DNA from: Marsupella aquatica
Lineage: Eukaryota; Plantae; Marchantiophyta
DNA length: 64,000 nt
NCBI GenBank assembly: GCA_973895155.1
Contig: OZ316892.1
Span: 9,218,283-9,282,282, forward strand
Reading direction: 5' to 3'
Made by a program: the position numbers and the translations under genes. The notes under the pieces were generated by a model. That model was not told where the DNA came from. It ran no database searches and worked only from the letters and a program-made list of their open reading frames with translations. This document shows positions 29,577-41,720 of this stretch, in pieces. How positions within the stretch are numbered: position 1 is the first letter of the stretch; each line of letters starts with the position of its first letter.

Positions 29577-30172
29577 CTAAAGGAGCTCCTCTAGCGGCAG
29601 CCAAGCAGCTACAAATTGCAGAGTAGCAGATTCAGAATTTGCAACTGAGAATCCGGTGTCATCAATTATCCAGTAACAATCTGGCAAACAATCAACTGGC
29701 ATGCCGTGTTGGCACCAATCGAGGACGGACTGATCGAAGTTTCTTGCAGGGAGCCGCACATACCTACACCACCAGTTCAAGGGACATATCAGGCAGGGGT
29801 GTGATCGATACAGTGGTACCTCTCAGGCAAAGTGAGAGTACCTTTGTCAATTGCTACATAGAGAGTTCGCAAATGGTGTGACATGAGTACACAAGGACAA
29901 AAACCAAAAAAATCAGCAGTGAAGCTAACTCACCAAGTGCGAACACATATCACGTCCAAAGGAATTTCGAACTTTTCCGTGGTGCCCTGAGTCAATATAG
30001 AATCGGTGACAATTGTATCAGAGCCATCGGCGTGTGTAGCGTGTTTCCGATGTGCAATGTCGAAGCTAGCACTGTTGTGGACATAGGTATATCCGTTCGA
30101 CTGGCCCAGCACACACTGTGCAAAGGTTGCCAGAACCAGGAGGGAGAGAGATGCAAATCCTGCTTTCGCCAT
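29577..30172 (-). CDS. Small secreted protein, SPH-like, copy B; exons 30172-29934 and 29763-29577 (141 aa)
   Basis: Clear paralog of 19034-20095 with identical exon lengths (239 and 187 nt) and shared VLATFAQCVLGQ, GYTYVHNSASFDI and CLPDC(F/Y)WIID. Confidence 0.8.
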
Positions 30173-33100
30173 AGTGTCTTCGCTGTTTCTACAGAGGCTT
30201 CAGAGTGTTGCCAAGTTTAACGATGGGAAGAAAACGGGACTGCTAGCTTGCGTAAGAAAGCAACGAGACAGGAGGTTCTAAGATCGAGAAGAAACGAACA
30301 GAGTGAGAGAAGAATAGACAAGGTAGTGTTTATATATGCGGGAGTCATAGAGGCACGAAAGTTGGATAAGGGCAGTGGGCTGACTCAGCTGTCGATCAGC
30401 GTACCCGATGAGTGAACGGGGCTGGCAAGTGAATTAAGGCATGTGAGTAAGTAACGCGGTGGAAGGATGGGCATGCCCATTCGGCCATTCAGGTCCATCT
30501 TTCCTTGACAAAGGATACTATTGGCTGGCTAATGAATGCACTACAGGTGGTTGCCTCGATCTTACTGGTTACATTTCTGGGGTATTAACAGATAGGGGAG
30601 CGAAAGGGGCTGACAAGTGGAGATCAACGGAAGGTTCAGGTTAAGGTTCCCACGCAAGAATGGACAGGCCATGCACATATATACATGCAAGTAAGTCCGA
30701 CCCTCCAGGATACACTAGGGATAATGATGGGCGGGTTAGCTTAGTGACTAGGATGACATGCAGGAGGTGGCCTCTTGTAGGAGATTTTGAAGGAAGAAAA
30801 TTTAGGTCCGTTCTGCTACAAGAGTAGCTCGCAGGGCAAGACCAGTCTACCCTTCTGAGATCCAAATATCCAGAGCAGTCCAGTATATCCAAATGCATGG
30901 GTGGAAGTTAAGGGCTGGATGAGTGAAGGGATTGACAAGGCAGGCTTGGCTACTCGGTATTTGGAGGCACTCGATTTGAGAGGCACAAGAGTTTAGGAGA
31001 CTAATATGAACCTAACATGGTTAATTGGATATAAGGCATTATAAAGAATTCCAAACCCGCCTCATAAGAAAGGGAGTTGCATACCCTGGCCCCGAGGTTG
31101 AAGTTTCTCAGGTGGCTCACCTTGTGAATTTCTTTCCCCCTATTAAAGCCCCATTAAAGCACCCTCTTTCAAAGGAAGGTACAAAAATATCTACAGGTTG
31201 AAATGGAGCTGCAGATGACAAATGATATAATGACATGTAGCACCTTTTGAATGGTTACCCCTTGCTTAGTTCCTCGCTACTTCCAAGTACTTGCCTAAAT
31301 TAAATAAAATGTCCTTTACTTCCTTCTCACATCACATGAGGTCCAAAGTTTTTAAAGTGAAACCCCAGCTACAAAATGTCACAACAAAATGGCCGAGAAC
31401 CATTTTTACAAAAAATCACCATTTAAATACTCAAAGTTGGAAAGATAAATAAAAGCTCTGATGCTGACTCAATATCAAAAGATTTACTTTCACTCCGCTA
31501 GTGAAGACGGTACTCTAAGTACGTACCCTATAGTAAACAAGGCCGGCATCAGTTGCACTGACAGGGAGGAGAGTCCAATAGAGAGTTAATTATTTTTAAA
31601 TGGGATTTTGTAGCTGGCAACCGTAGGAGTCTAAGAGTTTTGAGGGAAGGACAAACTCTTTGAAGCATGGGGAAAACCTAAATAACCTTTGAGGGGCCAG
31701 GGAAAATGAAATTTAAAAATAAATTGTAAAGGGACTTTTTTAGGCTCTATACCCTTTATATCCTTTCTTCTCCTCCCGATCCTCTCCTCTCACCTCCCTT
31801 TAATTTTACTCTTCTCGGCCTCCCCTCTCCCTGAGTGTGTAACCAAGAATCCCGTGCATTCCTTCCCAAAAGCCCCACCCGTGCTTCCGGCTTGGTTTGT
31901 GACCTTGATGCTTGCTCTCCCTTTCCGGCCCATCTTATTAAAAGTTTCCTTCCCTACCTGGCCACCCAGCAACTTAAGTTAATTTGACTGTGGTTTTGGC
32001 TGTGAATGGACACAGCCACCCCCCGCAACCACCTGGCTTGCATGACTTTGTCCCAGCTCTACAACCCCTTATGAAGGAATCGCGTAATTAATTATGCACA
32101 GGCTGGAAAAACGCCAAGATGAATATTGGTACCTGAAACCACAGGCACCTAATAGTTCATGGGATTTTATTTTCAACTAAAGTTGGAATTACAAGAAAAT
32201 GGTGAAACAAAATGGTAAAAAATATTGTAGGTTATAGTAAATAAACTTATTTTTGCATCAATTTAGGGACCCCAATTCGAAAGACCAAGTAGGTCATAAT
32301 TTTAGTCCTTGCGTGGGTCCTAAAAAGGAAAAGCACCGGGCAAATCGATCATCTAGCCTTGAAGGTCAGCATATATCTGTATCAGTGATCAATCTAATCT
32401 TCATTTTGGGTGAGGTTCGTGCACTTTGTCCACACTAAAGATCGACTACAAACTAAGGGACTGGTACCAACTTGCAGCTTGGGGCTAGATCCTCTACGTC
32501 ATTTGACTGACTTCTTAGTAAATAGAAGGCAGGCTCCAAGTACGGCCAGTGCAGGAGCCAAGTTACGTAACTTCTGATTATTTCGTGCGTGCTGGAAGGG
32601 ACAACTCCATTAGAACTCCATTATTTGAAGCAATATATTCAGCTGCTCTTCACTAGCGTGCTAGAAGGACCAACTCCATTAGAACCCCATTATTTGAAGC
32701 AATATATTCAGCAGCTCTCCAATAGCTTTCCTTGCTCTTGATATTTTGCGTTTCCACGGACTTCAATATGTTCGATCTGAGTGAAGCTGTGCACGATGAC
32801 CAACCTCCGTCATTACTATTTCATTGAGTCACGGCTTTAGTTTGCATCATGCTCTTGACTTTATTTCTTTTTTCTCACTAGTTCACTTTCCACCGCTAGC
32901 TCAGCAGGTTACAGCAGCAAGCCACCCCGTAATTGACTTGAGGCTGGGGCCACTACGGCGGATGCTAGCTGTCAGGTTGCCCCCTGAGCTAACATCGTTT
33001 AAGTTACTGCATTCGTCAACAACGGAGGTTACTGGTTTGGAGACACCGTTCATCGCGCAATACAGTCATGTTTGAGCTACGAGTTCGAAGCACACAATGA

Positions 33101-33835
33101 GCTTTTAATACGAATGGACTTTTCTTCTCCAACCCTGTTAGAAAATCAAGACGGGAAAGATCACGCATTATTAAAGCAGCGGTCTACAACTCTGGATGAT
33201 ATGAAGACGCTCAAATTTTTTGGAAATATCTATGCATCAAGAAATCTTCATTCTCTAATGAGTGTGAGCTGAAAACTGTGGCCCCTGTCTATGGATGGAT
33301 GCTAAGCGGGCTCATATACATTCATCATAGAGTCATGATTGGCGTTCACTCCGTAGGTCCCGCGTCTCGCTGCTCTTCTCGAAATCCATTGTGTATATTG
33401 AAGTAGCACATTTCTAGACCACGTGATGAAAGAGACTGGACAGGGGAGCAGTCCTCTCATCGTTGAGCGGTGAGCCCTAAAGGTACGAACCATGCACCAC
33501 CTATGCGGTATTATTTTGGCAAGAGCGCGTCTCATCAAACGTTTCTGAACTGGCTTCATCGCAGATTGAGGCCAGTCACATCAAACTCTCTCACTTAAAG
33601 GAGCAATTTGCGGAATTAGCGGACGGCTCAGCGGCGCGCATTGTTGTATAATCTGACCAACTTGAACGGACACGTCAAACCACAACGGTGGTTCAAGAAG
33701 ACGACCAGTACCTTACCCAGGAGTGCAACTGACCATATTAATTAAAATGCCCGTGACCAAAGGGGTTTGGTCACAAAAGCTGAACTACTCTTTATAATTT
33801 GTGACTGATTAGTTATTGTCACCAATACATGAATG

Positions 33836-33900
33836 TTTCATTAGTATAGTGATCACTCTCGTGAGGGGGAGGTCTCAGGTTCAAAACTCGGGTCCTGAAA
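33836..33900 (+). other. Decayed tRNA-like / SINE-head-like sequence
   Basis: A-box-like TAGTATAGTGA, B-box-like GGTTCAAAAC and complementary ends TTTCA/TGAAA. Too short and irregular for a functional tRNA. Confidence 0.3.
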
Positions 33901-36659
33901 TGCTTTGACCCAAATTTGACTCGCAATAGTACAAAAACATGATAAGTTGGGGTTGCATTTAAATTTGAGAAAAATTAATAAATACAAGGAAAAGATAATT
34001 CATATAATATGATACCTCAAAATAATATAAGTTTGAAATAGAATTCATACATGTAATTTTTATTTGATAAGAGAAAAAAATGTATCAAAACCTAAATGTA
34101 TCTAAAAGACTAACCTAAATTAACCCTAAATCGTCCACCACCTAATCTGAAATAAATCATAAAGAATTTAATCTTTTTCTCCTCTCATCGTCAACCTTTC
34201 ATTGATGTATATACAAACCAGCATCTGAAGGATGAACACGCTCATCGGCAAAATATTTCTCAAGCAACAAGCATTGTATGCATCGACCAGCATCTAAAGG
34301 ATGAACACGCTCGTAGGCAAAATACTTCTCAAGCAACAAGCATTGTATGCATCGAGAACACTCCATCGATGACAACACAAAGCCAAAGTATATCTCCAAG
34401 AAAAAAGAGTTGCATCCAAATGTCCCGCCAAATGTACTAGATTAAGTGACTATAGGCAGGTCTGTAGCAAATGACTAGGTCATTGCTACCACCGGCTAGA
34501 GCAAACTCACACTAGTCCAAGAGAATACGATAGAAAACGACCTATGAACGACCCTAATGATCGAGCGCGTCCCTCCACGACCACCTAGGCAAATGGTAGG
34601 TTGCAAGCAACGCTTATGGCACCGCTTGCCCCAGCAAATGCCTATGAGGTCACTTTGGCCAAAAAAGGCAAAAGAATAAGCAATGAGAGGTTCAGAAGAG
34701 AAGAGAATGAGGAGAATGAACTGAGAGACTCTCCTTTTTATGCTAATCATCTATAAGTTCCTAATTAATGTCATACCTAAATTCATTAGCGACTAATTAA
34801 TATCATACCTAACCTAATTAAAAGCACACCCACCCATTCTTCTAGAATTACTCAAATAAAAATCTATATCTACATGTTGAAAAATGAGTGAGAAGTCCAC
34901 AAAAGGAATAAAAACACATTTTTTGTTTTGATGTTGACCCCCCTCTTGCAAGAAAAAGGAAAGATTTATAAAACCTGAAATCTCTCCATTCTTTGTCTTT
35001 ATTGTTCCTCCCCTTAAAAGACCCTTAAACCATCCATCGCTCCCCACTTCTAAGATAGAATAGGGGTTAGCTTGTTCGATACACTCAACTAGTGTCTGCC
35101 CCCTCTAGCAAGAAAAAAATATAAACAAATACCATTTTGAAAATCTCTCCCTTAAATACCCTTAAACCTCTCAGCAAAGAAAAAATTCTTTAAACCCTTA
35201 TTATTTCTCCCCTTAAAGTAATCCTCCATCCGGGCCAAAAAATAAAAATGTCTCTTTTTGTCTTTTTTATTTTCCCATTCTTTAAAATACCCTTGATTCT
35301 CTATCTGTTTTAATTCTCAAAGAAAATAAAATAATGAGATCAACCATAGGGCATGCTCCTTACTCATCGTTTTTTCTTAAAAAAAAAGCCCCTTTAAAAA
35401 TATTTTTGAGGTGACCAATTTCACCCAAAAACAAAAAGGAAGCCCTTTTAAGAGTCCTACCTTTTCAAGGTGACTTTGGTCCCAAAGGGAGATATATAAA
35501 AGCATTAAGAAATTCTGATAACTAAAAGACAAAGACATTAAATGGTGAGAGAATCAAGTACACATGTACATTGAGGGGGGAACATTTAATGTACTTTCAT
35601 TTGTGTTGAATACAATATACTCTGTGTACTCCAATTTGTCTTGATCTTGAGTACTCCATACAAACTTAGAAAGAGTGTTAGAATGAGTATATTGTGACTA
35701 AAGTATATTTGTGTGCCTCTATACGTATGTGGAGAAAGCATATGTGGAGAAAACGTATGTGGATCTCGAAAACGTATGCGCAGAAAAAAAGTTTGGAGCC
35801 ATTTTGGGCTCCCACCACAAAGCTGAACTTTAAGTTCAGCCAATAATTGAACCTAACTATCTGCGTCTGAATCTTGCAGGTGAAGCGAAGTTGGGAGGCT
35901 AGGGGAATTTCATTCAGGGTAATGATGTGAAGGTAATCTATTTTCTCACCCGTCGTTCGTTTTTTCTCACTTAGTCATTAATTTATCCTGAGTGAGAGAT
36001 ATCACTAGCTTGTATTAATCGAAATCACCCTCTGGACCCTGCAGGTGAAGAGAAGTTGCATGGGGGCGATTTGTTTTAGGAGAATGATGTGAAGTGGATC
36101 TAGGGTCTCACCCATTGTTCACTTTTTCTCTCTAATTCATTAATCCTGAGGGAGAGATTTCACTTCAATTGACATGGCTTCAAACTCTCACCCACATAAC
36201 ATGTTTAGATACATGCATGATACCCCGCATGATGCTAGTGTAAATATAGTTGTGTGAAAGCAAAGAAACAATGATGGTGAGCTTTGGGTCGCTCTGTCAT
36301 GGCCCGGTGGATAATTAAGGGCAACCATGGCTGAGTGGTGTGTGTACTAGATCTATTGTCATAGGGTCACGAGCAACCTCTTTTTATCATAACCTCAATT
36401 TAAGGAAAACCAAACTTTGGAAATTCCAAAAATCACTAAATATTATTATTTTAATAAAAAGGGGGGCGACATGACGCGTGGCTGCGCATGAAACCCTGAA
36501 AATGACTGCAACATCACATTTTAACCAATCCAACTTGACGGGACTAAGAGACATGCTCACGCGAATAATAATAATAGAGAAATAAATCTTTGAGATCCTT
36601 TATATATGATAACCAGTATATAAGGAGTTTACAAATGGTTTCTAGAACGACAATACAAA

Positions 36660-39040
36660 TTAATCTGATCTCATGCCGACTATTATTTTGGAAGCGTCCA
36701 AAATTGGGCGTCTGTTAAATTTCTCTACTAGATATCTATCTCCATGCCTCTGAATCACAGGGTCTTCCCATAGAGTATGATTATAATCATAATCTCTAAA
36801 AATAGATTTAACTGACCAATCAGGATAATCTCTTCCATTGGCAATGACAAGCGGCTCACAAGAGTTTGCTAGCTTGCTAAGATACGAAATCAGCAAGTTA
36901 ATCAGGAAACTGTCGTCGACCGACCCAAAATATTTGGGCGGAAATAATGATCCAACAATAGGATCTAAACAAGCATGAAATGCATCAGATTCGATAAGCA
37001 TTATATTTTGCTGCAGATACGCCTTTGTATAAATTCCAACCTTCTCAAAACACTTCAAAAATATCCGCTTATTTGATGTCACCCCATCGCATAAGTAACA
37101 ATGAGACTGATCCCAAATATACTTAAATGAGGCCATTTCCATCGAAGTAAAAATAGATGCTAAAATCTGATCTAAAAGGTTCTTCCCAAGAGAGGACCAG
37201 ATCCCTACATCAAAATTCTCAAAACAGAATCTCAAGAATTTGTGAAGATGAGGCCTTGGAAAACCGTATATATTCCCAATCCGAATTCCAGTTGAGACCG
37301 CCATCAGTCGGGAATGCGGTGCAGTGTAACAGAGTAGATGCTCCACATCTAAAACTATGAGCCCATTTTCTCTGCTGCAATGAATCTCCTATAGATAAAC
37401 ACAAGAAGATGCATGAGCCCGTATGGATGTAGTCATGCGAATGGTCGCGTCACATATTACAGAGACAACATCCTCTACACTCTGGCCATTGATAAGTGAC
37501 GTCTATTGAAGTGCTTGATAAGAACTTGATCCGCATGTCTTTGCACATATAGATGCTCCCATATATCCTCGTTCAAATCCCAATCTCGATGTAGATTTCT
37601 AATCGACCAGATGGGATAATCGAACTTGTTAGCGAATGCAAGACAAAGCCCTGAATTTGATAGCTTTCGTAAATATGGAATGAGGTCATCCCTCAAAAAG
37701 ACATAATCCAATGATCCTTGAAACGACTTAGCGAATAATAATCCGCATACAGCTGTCTGGCATGTATGGGAAGGAAAGGCATCAATCTGGATTATATTCT
37801 CTGGTCGATAATCTTGAAACGTATCACGTAGTCTCTCGATAGATTTGAAGACAACAGTCTTATAATTTTTCTTTACATAACCAAGATTCCAGCAATGATC
37901 CCGCGTGAACACATATATCAGCTGCGACAGGTCAGTGCTTGACATCACTTCTGAAAGTATCTGATAAACCAGTTTATCGTCGAGAATAGACCAGACCATC
38001 ACATCAAAATGATCATAACAGAATTTTATAAGATCATGAAGATGCGGCCTCGGAACGACACATAGAGATCCGATACGAATTCCGGGTGTCGACTTGAGCT
38101 GAGGAGTATATTTTGAAACAGAGCACATAAAGTTTTCCAGTCCTAAAACTAGAAGTTGACGCGACCTGCTCCACTTAGACACCTGTAAATGAACAATTCG
38201 ATTCTCATATTATGCAATTGCAAACAACCACGCGACCGGGCGCGTCACTCCCAAAATATAAAGTTCAGTTTCAATCAATTTATAAATAATAATTGATAAT
38301 AAACAATAAACGTTTACTTATTGGACTTATCTCGGGCTTCTATAGCACGGTCTTTTCGACAGATAAGTATTTCATAAATTCGTCAAACTTTTCTAAATGG
38401 TCTTTATTCCCCTTATTATGAATGATCACATTTCTCCTCCAAAGATTTGTCTTATCAATATAATCTTTCTCAAGATTTTCTTGAGAGAACGTTGGAATCC
38501 CATATCCACTAAGGAGCTCGCAGAATGTCAACTTGTCAATTGACATGTCGCATAGATATGGATATAGTTTCTTTCTAAAAAATAGGTCATCATCAAGCCC
38601 AGAATATGCATCGGGATACAACGATGAATAGAAGTCATTAAGGCTCATCTTATATGCAGCATCATCGATAAGAATGACATTCTCGATGTTGTAATCTTTA
38701 ATATTGGCGGCAATGTCAGAGAGACATTTGACAAATAAGGGGATGTCATTATTATTCTTCCCAATAAGTCGAGTTGATTCTTGTCCCCATATAAATTTAA
38801 TACGTTTCAAAACTTCGGATCGAAGTACACAAGATAGAATATTATGTTTGAACATGCACGACCAGATCACAATGTCGTATAGATCTGCCACCTTCTCAAG
38901 AAATTCCATTAAATCAGGCCTTGGATAGATAACCTTGTGCATCTGTCTCACACCCCTTGACCGAATGGGCATCCCAGGGCTAATCTTCTCTGACTAGATA
39001 AGTACCCGATTCAGATCAAAAATGACAAGTCTCTTTTGAA
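36660..39040 (-). CDS. Three tandem FCP1/NIF-family HAD phosphatase-like domains
   Basis: Each has PRP(D/H)L..F and IWS/VWS...(F/L)K. Motif I reads LVIFDLNRVL (domain 1, with LIDD), LVLGLENFM (domain 2) and IVLDVEHLL (domain 3). Domains 2 and 3 look catalytically degenerate. Confidence 0.85.
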
Positions 39041-39295
39041 CCGGTGACTTCTTTGCCGATGGATTAAGCGCCATCTGTACCTGTGATTTTTGTGCCGCAG
39101 GGTTTGGAGAACGTACTAGAACGGTATGTTTGTTTCCCGCCTCCGGACGATCACCGGACTTCCGGACTGGTGCCTTTGATACTCGATCAGGGGGTTTCGG
39201 GATAGGCTTCTGTAAAACATTAAGAAATGAAAATAAGTTTATAATGCGAACGGTGGCGTGACTACAAAGAGAGACACTGAAATAAAGTGTATTAC

Positions 39296-40084
39296 CTGTA
39301 CAAGACGGTCGTTCAGTGCTGGAATTCCGTTGGAAATGTCAATCATAGCAGCACGAATCCCGGTAACTAGGTTACTTGCGGACGTCGGCTTGCGGAAGTC
39401 CATGTCAAATAACGACAAGACTATCTTCCTACGGAATTTCTCAATTTGATCCCCGGCAAAATTAATTTTGTTTCCTTGACACAAGCACTTGGCGTATCTC
39501 AAGATAAACACACCACAACTATGGCCGTCACTCTGGTGAGGAATATCATTCCGATATATCCGTTCCCAACCTGAGAGATCCAAGTTGACACCAGTTCTCC
39601 AGCCAATTTCGTTGGCGTAGTACTTCCCAACAATATCTAGCACCCCAGGATTTTGTCGATTATGAACTAGAGAATCTAGATACTCGAGCCGTTTCTCCTT
39701 CGGATACACAACTACCAATGACCAATGTTCTTTCACAGCATTGTGTACTGGAAAGACCAGTTTGTCGTATTCACTGATTTTTAGCGGAAACTCCTTTGTC
39801 CAAGCTGCTCTCTCCTCATCGAAAATGGTAGGATCCATGGAGAGAAGCTCAAAATGGTGTGTTTGGAAGAATTTGACAAGGTCTGACTTTCCAACTCTAT
39901 CGAGAATCAGTTCGAGAAAACTCAAATAAGCGTTAATTATATCATCGGTGAGCAACTCGTGCGGTCTCAGACACATCATATATTTCCTCTTGATCGAGTG
40001 TTGTAAGAACTTGGTCAATAGCTCTTCCATATCCTTAGAAGGATCAAGGCATTGATCTATTCGACTAGCCAAATTTTCAAAAAA
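39296..40084 (-). CDS. Ulp1/SENP (peptidase C48) domain exon
   Basis: LTDDIINAYL, FPVHN..EHWSLVVV, YLDSL and QSDGHSCGVF. The His-Asp-Cys triad and oxyanion Gln are present. Confidence 0.92.
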
Positions 40085-40919
40085 CTGTAAAAAACAGAGA
40101 TTTCAGTACGCCTTCAAATAACGTACTGAGGTTGTAGCCTAAGGGTTCTACCTCAGAAAACAGAAACAATAACAAATCAATAATAAAATAATTACGTCTA
40201 TAATAGAAACTTTAAGCTTATAGCTTGCAAATGACCTTTGGATTGGGTGGATCCGGCCTTTTCGTAGCTGATCTCTTGGGTGCCTCCTTCGCAACAACAT
40301 CCTTCAGCCCTCCTCGAGACCGCAGTGATCGCTCCACCGGACCAGTTTGCGAAGGTTGGAGCGATGAGGCGGGAAGACCTTCAAATGGTTGTGGCATTTG
40401 ATTCAAATATTCCACAATCTGGGAATCCGATTCCAAAATATCCGGTGCCACGATTCTGTGCGAGTGACCTCTGCAATATATCGGGGTTGAGACCACGAAC
40501 CCGGTCGCGTCAAGTCAGCTATTAGTCTCCTAACGACTTGAGCCGAGTCTGGTGCCAAAGACGTTCCCAGGTCTTGCACTCGATTCTCGGAAAAGTGGAC
40601 ATTATTGATGATTGTCTCCATTCTGGATGTAGTGGCAGTCTTCTCCTCGGTAATCAAAAGACCCTTCCAATATTGCAAAGCAAGGACTACCTGGACTCGG
40701 AGCTGCTCCGGTGAATATTTATTCCAATCATCCAACGAGACCATACTTAAGGGTGGATCGTTAAATTCAGACTCCGGGCGAAGAAAATAGTCTAATATTT
40801 TCTTCTTAACTGCAACTGAGGGTGAAGAAGGCTTCTTCAAATTCAGCTTTATTTTCGATAGACGTTGTGCCTCAGGAATAAGCGAAAGATCCTTGGCCCT
40901 CTCGGCCTCCTTCCTCGCT

Positions 40920-41720
40920 GCCTCCAGTCTTGCGGCTTCTTCTCTCTCCAGTCTTGCGGCTTCTTCTCTCTCCGGTCTTGCGGTCTCGTCCGCCATCCTC
41001 TCGGCCAGCAGCCTCTCAGCCGCCACACTCTCCGCCTTGGCCCTATTTGCCTCTGTCACTAAAAGGACTCTCGCAGCCTCCTCTTTCTCAGCCTGGGCTT
41101 TCTCAGCCTCGGCTTTCTCCACCTCCGCTTTCTCAGCCTGGGCTTTCTCAGCCTCCGCTTTCTCCGCCTCCGCTTTCTCAGCTTCCGCTTCCTTCGCCTC
41201 CACTTTCTCAGCCTGGGCTTTCTCGGCCTCCGCTTCCTCGGCCTCCGCTTTCTCAGCCTGGGCTTTCTCCACCTCCGCTTTCTTAGCCTGGGCTTTCTCA
41301 GCCTCGGCTTTCTCAGCCTCGGCTTTCTCAGCCTCGGCTTTCTCCACCTCGGCTTTCTCCACCTCGGCTTTCTCCTTCTTCTTCGCGGCAGTTGCTTTTC
41401 TAGCTGCCGCCTTTTTCTTCATAGCCTCCTTCTTTTGAAGCTCCTCTTGCCGGGCCGCCTCTTGTCGGGACGCCTCCTCCTGCCGGGCCGCCTCCTTCTT
41501 TTGAAGCTCCTCTTGCCGGGCCTCCTCCTGCCGGGCCTCCTCCTACCGGGCCGCCTCCTCTCTGGCCTGCTCCTGCCGGGCCGCCTCCTTCTTTTGAAGC
41601 TCCTCTTATCGGGCCGCCTCCTGCCGGGCCTCCTCCAGCCGGGCCTCCTCCAGCCGGGCCTCCTCCTACCGGGCCGCTCCTCTCTGGCCTCCTCCTGCCG
41701 GGCCACCTCCTCTCGGTCCA
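40920..41720 (-). repeat. Coding 15-bp tandem repeats (EKAEA and QEEAR pentapeptides), predicted long charged helix
   Basis: On the + strand, GCTTTCTCAGCCTCG/C and CCTCCTCCTGCCGGG units. Confidence 0.9.

Noticed and set aside
34930-35120. Helitron 3' end or polypurine tract (minus strand AGAGGGGGCAGACACTAGT)
   Set aside because: The hairpin is not intact, and no matching 5' end or adjacent LTR was found.
32590-36160. Local tandem duplications (about 69 bp at 32590, 72 bp at 34217, 165 bp at 35875)
   Set aside because: Two-copy duplications with no sign of function.
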